A DNA stretch of 62,063 bases, counting the filler. It is 6 parts of 6 records of this genome, joined end to end, with 100 filler letters (N's around TTAATTAATTAA, not from the genome) between each part and the next. Parts side by side here need not be neighbours in the genome. Positions count along the whole stretch, not along the records: positions 48,496 to 62,063 come from DRR723986_33036; 5 more parts are not named here. One strand, 5' to 3'. Position 1 is the stretch's first letter, and each line of letters opens with the position of its first letter. The notes under the pieces are model-generated. The model saw nothing but the letters and a program-made list of their open reading frames with translations. It was not told the origin of the DNA and did no database searches. A program made the translations under genes and the position numbers. Shown piece by piece: positions 54,981 to 62,063 of the stretch.

Positions 54981-56651
54981 ATGTCTTTAAAAGATTCCCA
55001 AATTAATCCATGGGTGGTCATGGCAGCATTTGCCGTCTTAGTTGGCCCGTTTGCACTGAGCTTCCACATGCATTTCCCTGACGAAATGTATTATACCGAC
55101 GCTGCTGTGAAAATGCTCCAAAATGGAGATTACCTCACAACCTATTTAGGGAATGGGGAACTGCGTTTTCGTAAGCCAATTGGCACTTATTGGGTGGTGC
55201 TGGCCGGATTCAAGCTTTTTGGAGTTAGCGCACTATCTTCAAGAATCTTCTTTTTACTCGCTGGAGCATTGACTGTAGGTGCCACCTATTGGCTTGCAAA
55301 GCTACTTTTTGAAGACAAAAAAACAGCTGGAATCTCTGCACTGATAATTGCCGCCAATCCTGTTTTGATTTTATCCGCAACCCGCTCAATACCGGATGTG
55401 CTACTCGGCCTCACTATGACTGCGAGCGCAGTTGGTCTCGCTGGTTTAATCCGCTTTGGTGACCAAGCCCCCAAAAAATATCTTTGGATTCTTTACCTAA
55501 GTTTAGCGCTTGCATTTGAAATCAAAGGCCTGCCTGCTCTTGCTTTAGGGGGTCTGGGAGTGTTTTATCTACTTTTTAATCCATGGAAAAAAGTCTCATT
55601 TAAAACCTTTCTCCATTTTCCTTCCCTTGCATTAGCTATTTTCATTGCACTCTTCTGGTTTGTCGCCATGTGGCAAATACATGGCCCTACTTATTTAGAC
55701 AGTTTTGTTGAAGATCAAGTAGGAGGTAGAGTTACTTCACGTTATTTGTTAATCCTGAAAAATGGGATGCTTGCAGTTGGGATTTTGATTGCCATATTTA
55801 TTCCTTGGATTCTGCTGGTACTTCCTAAAATCAAGGAAAGTACAAGAAAAGCATGGTCTGAGAATGCAGTTTTTTTCGGATTTGCAATTTTATGGGGCTT
55901 GGCAATTTTGGGAATGGGAGCGATGACGGCTAAGTTTTATGAGCGATATTTATTGCCCGTAGCTCCAGTATTAGCCGTATTGCTTGGGTGGCTACTTGTA
56001 AAAGGAGAATTTGAATTCAGGAAATTGGGTCTAAAAATCAGTACTTGGTTTTTCCTTTTCCTGTGCCTTATTGTTGGGATAGTTGGCTTATGGATAAACT
56101 TTCAATTAGGTAGTACTGCATGGGTTTATCTTCAGCTGGCAATGGGATTCGCCATTTTGTCCTACCTCTTCATGCTGACTATTAGAAGCGAGAAACTTCC
56201 GAAAGCACTTTCTTATTCTTTCCTATTACTGTTTTTTCTCCTATCTACTGTCACTGCAAAAATATCTCTGCCAGAGCAAGGCGAGCAAATTGAAGCATTT
56301 GTAGCAGCTAATGACATAGATCCGAAAGGGAAAATCGGATTTATCGGAAATATCCACACCAGCAGCAAAATTAGGGTGTTTTTAGGACCTGATTATTACA
56401 TGACTGATATATCCGGTGAGAAGAAGCTTACCGATGAAGAGTTACTCCGTGAAGCTGCCCGTTATACTTATTTGATAGTCGAGGATAAATTTTTAGAACT
56501 AATTCCAAAAAACCAGTACGAAATCTCTGTGGGTTCGGTCAACTGGAATTCCAAACAAATCCCTTTCCTCCTTCAAAATCTCAGCAACCCAGCCTTTGAT
56601 TCATTGGTGAAGGAAAATGGGAAGATATACTATTGGCTGGAGAAAAGGTGA
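54981..56651 (+). CDS. ArnT/PMT family (GT-C) glycosyltransferase
   Basis: DEMYY, RFRKP, KG motif, RYLLP; polytopic membrane protein. Confidence 0.85.
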   Translation: MSLKDSQINPWVVMAAFAVLVGPFALSFHMHFPDEMYYTDAAVKMLQNGDYLTTYLGNGELRFRKPIGTYWVVLAGFKLFGVSALSSRIFFLLAGALTVGATYWLAKLLFEDKKTAGISALIIAANPVLILSATRSIPDVLLGLTMTASAVGLAGLIRFGDQAPKKYLWILYLSLALAFEIKGLPALALGGLGVFYLLFNPWKKVSFKTFLHFPSLALAIFIALFWFVAMWQIHGPTYLDSFVEDQVGGRVTSRYLLILKNGMLAVGILIAIFIPWILLVLPKIKESTRKAWSENAVFFGFAILWGLAILGMGAMTAKFYERYLLPVAPVLAVLLGWLLVKGEFEFRKLGLKISTWFFLFLCLIVGIVGLWINFQLGSTAWVYLQLAMGFAILSYLFMLTIRSEKLPKALSYSFLLLFFLLSTVTAKISLPEQGEQIEAFVAANDIDPKGKIGFIGNIHTSSKIRVFLGPDYYMTDISGEKKLTDEELLREAARYTYLIVEDKFLELIPKNQYEISVGSVNWNSKQIPFLLQNLSNPAFDSLVKENGKIYYWLEKR

Positions 56652-56652
56652 A

Positions 56653-58161
56653 TTAATACGTATCTGGCAAATATGGATTAAACCTCTCTAGCTTTCTCCA
56701 AACCTGAATATTCGCTACACGAAGTGATTCCTCTCGAAATGTAATTGGCAACTCCTCTTCATAAATCAATTCCTGAAAATCTGCAAATTCTCCTGGAGAA
56801 TCGTAATTCCAACTCACGAAAATCCCCACTTCATTTTTTCCTACAAACTGCTCCAAGCCTGGCCAAAGATCAAATTGATTCTTTCTTGCCCCCATGTTTA
56901 ACATATACGTTTGTGGATGATCTGGAAGGTAAAAGGAAAGCTCGGAGGCCATGTGATAGGTTTCTGAAAAGATATACGCATCTTCAATACCCAAACTATC
57001 TCGTAATGTGACGAGTCTTTCGGCTAAAGGCTCGTAGCCTGCCATTCTTCTGAAAGCAGATTTCTCAGCCTTTTTGATAGGAGTAATACTTTTCATCAAA
57101 GTAAAATCAGGAAGCAGAAAAAACAGCGGTAAACCGATACTTAAGCCTACACCCCAATTCCTGATTCTCTGCCATCTCTGACTTTGCTCGCACACCCAAG
57201 CCGCCATCAGAATGGCCAAACTCCCGTAGGCAAATACCGGCCAATTCACTTCTATGGAAGTCAAGAAACTCAATCCTGCAAAAGCAGCCCAAGACATCAA
57301 AGCAGGTAAAAGCAAATAGACCTTTGCTCGGTCTTGGTTTTGAATCACTTTTCTAAAAGCTCCCACAAATAGAGGAAGAAGAAATATGGAAATCATCGCC
57401 AGTTGACCTCCTAGGTACTCGAAAAATTGCCCGAAAGACTTTCCTACATCAAAAGCTTTGGATTCACCGCCTCCACCACCGCTGAGGGCAGCCAAGTGCT
57501 TAAACGTGTCAAAGTCATTCTGCCAATTCCAGATTAAAGCTGGGACAAAACCCAATAAAGTGATTAACACAAAGAGAATATAATTCTGACTCTGTGCCTT
57601 CCAGCTTTTAGTATAAATAAGATACAAAAGAAGAAATGGAAAGATCAGAATCATGACCATCTTAGCCATCAACCCAAATGCAGCAGCCAGCCCAGCCCCA
57701 ATCCACCAGGATTTCTTCCCATCTTCCATACCTCGATAAGCCAGATAAATGCTCAGCGCCCAGAAGAAGGTAAGGGAACTGTCAGTCATGTGAAAAGTAG
57801 AGGCAAGCCACCACATAGGCATGGCCTGAAGTATCATCGCAGCCCAAAATCCAACTTTAGCTGAATATAGATGTCGGCCAAATAGAAACGTCACCCAAGA
57901 CATTCCTACACCACATAAAATCGCATTTATACGCACTCCCAGCTCAGTATTTCCCAGAAAACCTGTGCTAATGTAATTTAGAACAGCTACTAGCGGGGGC
58001 TTGGAATAATAGTGCCAAGCCATATTCTGTGACCAGAGCCAGTATTGTGCCTCCTCAGTGAACAAGTCAATTTCTGGCCTTAGGGTAAATAGTATTTTAG
58101 CAACTACAAGCGAGAGTGAAATAACCCAGAAATAGATAGTATAGCTTGTAGACCTTTGCAT
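56653..58161 (-). CDS. ArnT/PMT family (GT-C) glycosyltransferase
   Basis: EEAQYWLWS, YYSKPPL, NWP; polytopic membrane protein. Confidence 0.85.
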   Translation of the reverse strand: MQRSTSYTIYFWVISLSLVVAKILFTLRPEIDLFTEEAQYWLWSQNMAWHYYSKPPLVAVLNYISTGFLGNTELGVRINAILCGVGMSWVTFLFGRHLYSAKVGFWAAMILQAMPMWWLASTFHMTDSSLTFFWALSIYLAYRGMEDGKKSWWIGAGLAAAFGLMAKMVMILIFPFLLLYLIYTKSWKAQSQNYILFVLITLLGFVPALIWNWQNDFDTFKHLAALSGGGGGESKAFDVGKSFGQFFEYLGGQLAMISIFLLPLFVGAFRKVIQNQDRAKVYLLLPALMSWAAFAGLSFLTSIEVNWPVFAYGSLAILMAAWVCEQSQRWQRIRNWGVGLSIGLPLFFLLPDFTLMKSITPIKKAEKSAFRRMAGYEPLAERLVTLRDSLGIEDAYIFSETYHMASELSFYLPDHPQTYMLNMGARKNQFDLWPGLEQFVGKNEVGIFVSWNYDSPGEFADFQELIYEEELPITFREESLRVANIQVWRKLERFNPYLPDTY

Positions 58162-58183
58162 TGAGTTTGGTTTGAATAAAAAA

Positions 58184-58209
58184 GGCATCTCCCATTACTG
58201 AGAGATGCC
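58184..58209 (-). terminator. Rho-independent terminator after hpf
   Basis: GGCATCTC..GAGATGCC followed by a T-run on the minus strand. Confidence 0.65.
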
Positions 58210-58232
58210 CCAAATTTAGCTAGGCTAGCTTA

Positions 58233-58538
58233 TTACTGCTTAGCCAACACTACTTTTTCTTTGTGTTTTTTGATTTGACGTCTCAATCCTTCGATGGCAT
58301 CATCAGAAGCCGCCTCGAATGAGTCAGATTGGCTTTTACTGAAAAATTGCTTTCCTGGTACATTCATCTTGATTTCTACAATTTTATTCGAGTTATTGTC
58401 GTTTTTGTCAAGCCTCAAAAAAACCTCTCCGTCTATGATTTGGTCATAGTAAGTATCCAGTTTATCAGCTTTTTTCTGAATAAAGTCGATCAGTTTTCGA
58501 TCAGCGTCAAAATGGATGGAGTGCATCTGCAGTTTCAT
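58233..58538 (-). CDS. hpf: Ribosome hibernation promoting factor (HPF/RaiA)
   Basis: SIHFDAD.KL, NKIVEIK, SFEAA; downstream of rpsU-xerC. Confidence 0.88.
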   Translation of the reverse strand: MKLQMHSIHFDADRKLIDFIQKKADKLDTYYDQIIDGEVFLRLDKNDNNSNKIVEIKMNVPGKQFFSKSQSDSFEAASDDAIEGLRRQIKKHKEKVVLAKQ

Positions 58539-58574
58539 ATTCATTTGCATTTAGTGGTGAACAAATAGTTTATT

Positions 58575-59459
58575 TTATGCTTTCGGATGTGCCTGTTCAA
58601 ACACAGCCTTAAGTTTTTCCATGGAATTGTGCGTGTACACCTGAGTGGCCGCAAGATTGGCATGACCTAGCAAATCTTTTACTGCGTTCAGGTCAGCACC
58701 TTTGTTGAGTAAATGGGTGGCAAAAGTATGTCGCAATACATGAGGACTGCGCTTGGATGTCTGCGCAAAAAGATCTAGGTAGTGCCTGACGATGCGAAAA
58801 ATCATCATAGGGTAACTTTGCTTTTGTTGATTGCTGACAATAAAATAGTCACTTTGACCAACTTTAGAAAACCTTTCCTCAAATACTTTTTTATACAGCA
58901 AAATATTCTGTTTTAAGCCTTTTGTAATAGGAATAATTCTTTCCTTTTTTCTTTTTCCAAGTACCTTAACCGAATCATCGATGAGATTGACATCCGACCA
59001 TTTTAATCCTATCAACTCTGAAAGCCTGACTCCGGTGAGGTAAAGAAATTCCATCACCATCTTGTCACGCTGCCCATCGAAATCCAGTTCGTAAACACTT
59101 TCGTCTAAAACGGCAAGAATCGTCTCTTCCTGTACAAACTCAGGAAGTTTCTTCGGGTTTTTAAGACCTTTTAACTTATACGTTGGATCGCTAGAAATGA
59201 TCTGTGATCTGAGTAAAAACTTGTAATAAGACCTCAGAGTGGCGATTTTACGGTTTACCGAGGTAGTACTTAACCCGCTATCTACCAAGTCAATCACCCA
59301 TGCCCGGAGCTCTGGATGCTGGGCTTCAGAAATTTCATTTATTTCGAAAGAAAGCGCCAAAAACTCCTCAAACTGGGTCAAATCCCGACGATATGCCTCT
59401 ACTGTATGCGGACTGGCTTTTTTCTCAAACTCTAAATAATTGATGAAAGAATCGATCAT
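58575..59459 (-). CDS. xerC: Tyrosine recombinase XerC-like
   Basis: TGVRLSEL, GKRKKER, HVLRHTFATH, LLGH..TQVY. Confidence 0.85.
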   Translation of the reverse strand: MIDSFINYLEFEKKASPHTVEAYRRDLTQFEEFLALSFEINEISEAQHPELRAWVIDLVDSGLSTTSVNRKIATLRSYYKFLLRSQIISSDPTYKLKGLKNPKKLPEFVQEETILAVLDESVYELDFDGQRDKMVMEFLYLTGVRLSELIGLKWSDVNLIDDSVKVLGKRKKERIIPITKGLKQNILLYKKVFEERFSKVGQSDYFIVSNQQKQSYPMMIFRIVRHYLDLFAQTSKRSPHVLRHTFATHLLNKGADLNAVKDLLGHANLAATQVYTHNSMEKLKAVFEQAHPKA

Positions 59460-59532
59460 ATATCACGTAACTCGAAAGATAAGTTAGACGAAAAAATGTG
59501 AATTATCGCTGAGCAAAATCGTAAATGGTCAT

Positions 59533-59567
59533 AAAAAAAACGCACCTGCCTGATGGCAAGTGCGTTT
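59533..59567 (-). terminator. Rho-independent terminator after rpsU
   Basis: AAACGCAC.TGCC hairpin plus T-run on the minus strand. Confidence 0.7.
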
Positions 59568-59588
59568 GATATTGGAAGTCAAAACTGA

Positions 59589-59783
59589 TTACTTCGCTGC
59601 TTCTTCTTGAAGATGCTGCTTGTAAGCTGCTTTGATGACTTGTGCTCTTCTTACTACGGAAGGCTTAGTGAAAGCTTGTCTCGCACGAAGTTCACGGACT
59701 GCACCAGTCTTGTCAAACTTCTTTTTGAAACGCTTTAGCGCTTTCTCGATTGATTCGTTCTCTTTTACGTTAACTATGATCAT
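59589..59783 (-). CDS. rpsU: 30S ribosomal protein S21
   Basis: VKENESIEKALKRFKKK..FTKPSV. Confidence 0.94.
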   Translation of the reverse strand: MIIVNVKENESIEKALKRFKKKFDKTGAVRELRARQAFTKPSVVRRAQVIKAAYKQHLQEEAAK

Positions 59784-59923
59784 ATCTATACACCCCCTTT
59801 CGTGGGCACAAAGGTAGGGATAATATTCAGAATACAATATCTCCACTCGTAATAAACTCTTTTCTACCCCTTGATATATAGGGCGTTTTGCCTAATTTTA
59901 TCCTAAATCTTACTAATTACGAC

Positions 59924-61270
59924 GTGAACATCAGCACTTCCTTCAAAAGCTACCTACTAGCACTCGGCATTCTAACTATATTTTTCACTCAATCTACCGC
60001 AGCATTTTCTCAGGAAACCCCTGAGAAAATGGAATGGTTTGCTGATGCCAAATTGGGCATTTTCATTCATTGGGGCATTTATTCAGTCAATGGAATTGAC
60101 GAATCCTGGTCATTTTTCAATGATTACATTAGCTACGATGACTACATGAAACAGCTTTCAGGTTTTACTGCTTCCAAATATGATCCAGTTAAGTGGGCAA
60201 AGCTGATTAAATCCAGCGGTGCAAAATATGCTGTACTTACAGCCAAGCATCACGATGGGGTGGCTCTTTGGGATACAAAAGCTTCTGATCTTTCTGTCGT
60301 GAAGAAAACTCCTGCCGGAAAAGATTTGGTAGGGCCATTGATGAATGCTTTGGAGAAAGAAGGAATTAAAAAAGGAATCTACTTTTCTGTATTGGATTGG
60401 TCACACCCAGATTACGACAGAAACACGAGAGAGACTTTTCGATACAAGAATGATCCAGAGAGATTCAGAAAGTTCACAGATTTCAACTTTGCTCAACTAA
60501 GTGAACTATCCGAACAATACAATCCAGATTTATATTGGTTTGATGGCGATTGGGAACATAAGCCAGAGGAATGGAGAAGTGCAGAGCTCAAAAAGAAACT
60601 GCAGAACTACAATCCAAATGTGATCATCAACTCCCGATTAGGTAAAGGCTTTGGTGACTACGACACCCCAGAGCAAGGAGTTCCAGTAACGAGACCGAGC
60701 AGTGAGTTCTGGGAATTATGTATGACTATGAACAACAGCTGGGGGTACCAAGGCAATGATGATCAGTACAAAAGTCCAAGTGAATTGCTTCGAATCTTTG
60801 TGGATTGCCTTCACATGGGCGGAAATCTCCTGATGGATTTCGGGCCAAAGCCAGATGGTACTATCCCAGAGGAAGCTGAAAACATTTTGAATGAATTTGG
60901 GCGCTGGACATCCAAGCATGAGTCAGCGATCTATGACACTCAAGCGGGCATCCCAGATGGCCATGTATATGCTCCTACTACTCTTTCGAAGGATAAGACA
61001 ATCCTTTATATCTATTTGGATTATAAGGTAAATGAGTCTCTAGCCATCAAAGGACTAAAAAATAAAATCCAACGGGTCTGGGTAGTAGGAAATGGTACTA
61101 AACTCCAATCCAGGGAAGTGGGCAAAATGTACTGGAGCGCTGTCCCAGGAATGAAATACATTGACATTCCAGACAACGTCTATGACAAGGACATCACTGT
61201 TTTGGCGGTCTTGCTTGATGGTCCTGTGGATCTGTATCGGGAAAAAGGTCAGGTGATAGAGAGTAATTAA
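59924..61270 (+). CDS. Alpha-L-fucosidase (GH29); start approximate
   Basis: KLGIFIHWGIYSV, KHHDG, WFDG, signal peptide. Confidence 0.9.
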   Translation: MNISTSFKSYLLALGILTIFFTQSTAAFSQETPEKMEWFADAKLGIFIHWGIYSVNGIDESWSFFNDYISYDDYMKQLSGFTASKYDPVKWAKLIKSSGAKYAVLTAKHHDGVALWDTKASDLSVVKKTPAGKDLVGPLMNALEKEGIKKGIYFSVLDWSHPDYDRNTRETFRYKNDPERFRKFTDFNFAQLSELSEQYNPDLYWFDGDWEHKPEEWRSAELKKKLQNYNPNVIINSRLGKGFGDYDTPEQGVPVTRPSSEFWELCMTMNNSWGYQGNDDQYKSPSELLRIFVDCLHMGGNLLMDFGPKPDGTIPEEAENILNEFGRWTSKHESAIYDTQAGIPDGHVYAPTTLSKDKTILYIYLDYKVNESLAIKGLKNKIQRVWVVGNGTKLQSREVGKMYWSAVPGMKYIDIPDNVYDKDITVLAVLLDGPVDLYREKGQVIESN

Positions 61271-61382
61271 GATATTCTTTCCTGAAAGTTGAGTTCAATA
61301 TTCATCATTCGATATTCTTAATTGGAAAATAAATCAACTACTTCGAGCTTTCTTTAAAATCTTCCTGACTAAGCAATAAACC

Positions 61383-61417
61383 AAAAAAGGTCTCCCATTC
61401 GCACAGGAGACCTTTTT
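61383..61417. terminator. Bidirectional terminator between fucosidase and atpC
   Basis: AAAAAAGGTCTCC..GGAGACCTTTTT. Confidence 0.75.
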
Positions 61418-61436
61418 CATATAGTTTGATAATTGT

Positions 61437-61682
61437 TTATGCTACTACTTTCTCAGCTAGCAATACAATTACATTGTCTTTTACTTCCACTACTCCGCCA
61501 TCCACGATCATGGATTGCTTCCCTTCAGGAGTGGTAAAGGAAACAGTTCCCTTTGCCAAAGCCGAAACGATCGGAGCGTGATTATTCAGCACCTGAAATG
61601 ATCCATTGGCGCCAGGGAAACTGGCTTCGGATACTTCACCCTGAAATACTTTTTTGTCCGGTGTGACGATTTCTAAATGCAT
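61437..61682 (-). CDS. atpC: ATP synthase F1 epsilon (short Bacteroidota form)
   Basis: LEIVTPD, FPG..G.F.VLNNHAP. Confidence 0.93.
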   Translation of the reverse strand: MHLEIVTPDKKVFQGEVSEASFPGANGSFQVLNNHAPIVSALAKGTVSFTTPEGKQSMIVDGGVVEVKDNVIVLLAEKVVA

Positions 61683-61798
61683 GGAATTTTATATCATTTG
61701 GAGACTTCTCTTAGAAAAAGTGAAGCTCTCCGTTAAACTATTAAATGTTACAGGTTTTCGGTTATCAAAACTGACAACCGAAAACCGACAACTGAGAT

Positions 61799-62063
<265 letters not shown>

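Noticed and set aside
58575-59459. Tyrosine recombinase as a mobile-element integrase
   Set aside because: It sits in the rpsU-xerC-hpf housekeeping arrangement usual in Bacteroidota.
61437-61682. Short atpC as a truncated pseudogene
   Set aside because: Epsilon lacking the C-terminal helices is normal in Bacteroidota.

Overview
This window is not one locus. It is six unrelated contigs joined by artificial 100-nt linkers (N-run, TTAATTAATTAA, N-run). (1) 1-8445, alphaproteobacterial-like: peroxiredoxin with an OxyR-type site, MAPEG/LysR pair, two tandem VPS10/BNR-repeat proteins. (2) 8546-28435, a protist mitochondrial genome fragment with all genes on the minus strand and UGA read as Trp, so the supplied ORF track fragments it. 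Order in transcription direction: cox1 (at least five group I introns, a 14-nt exon, one LAGLIDADG ORF, C-terminally truncated), trnN, rps14, trnW(CCA), rps2, rps8, cox2, an unknown ORF, nad6, trnA, trnF, rpl11, tufA, trnY, rpl6, rps13, nad11, atp8. It retains the rarely mitochondrion-encoded tufA, and several proteins are inflated by stop-free in-frame insertions (Rpl6 529 aa, Nad11 1003 aa, Rps2 396 aa). This is the most unusual part of the window. (3) 28536-36749, high-GC alphaproteobacterial: autotransporter, His-Me nuclease, USP, P-type ATPase, fasciclin, Crp/Fnr. (4) 36850-42844: tRNA-Lys, a tRNA-Ser-like att remnant, iorAB-like genes, SDR, AraC. (5) 42945-48395: radA, mlaF/mlaE, enoyl-CoA hydratase, DEAD-box helicase, parE. 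(6) 48496-62063, Bacteroidota (Cyclobacteriaceae-like): a lipoprotein-GH108 lysozyme with duplicated candidate immunity genes and an orphan remnant, an AAA ATPase with a 23-bp perfect palindrome, glycosyltransferases, hpf, xerC, rpsU, fucosidase, atpC, atpD. Taxonomic labels are impressions from gene content, not database results.
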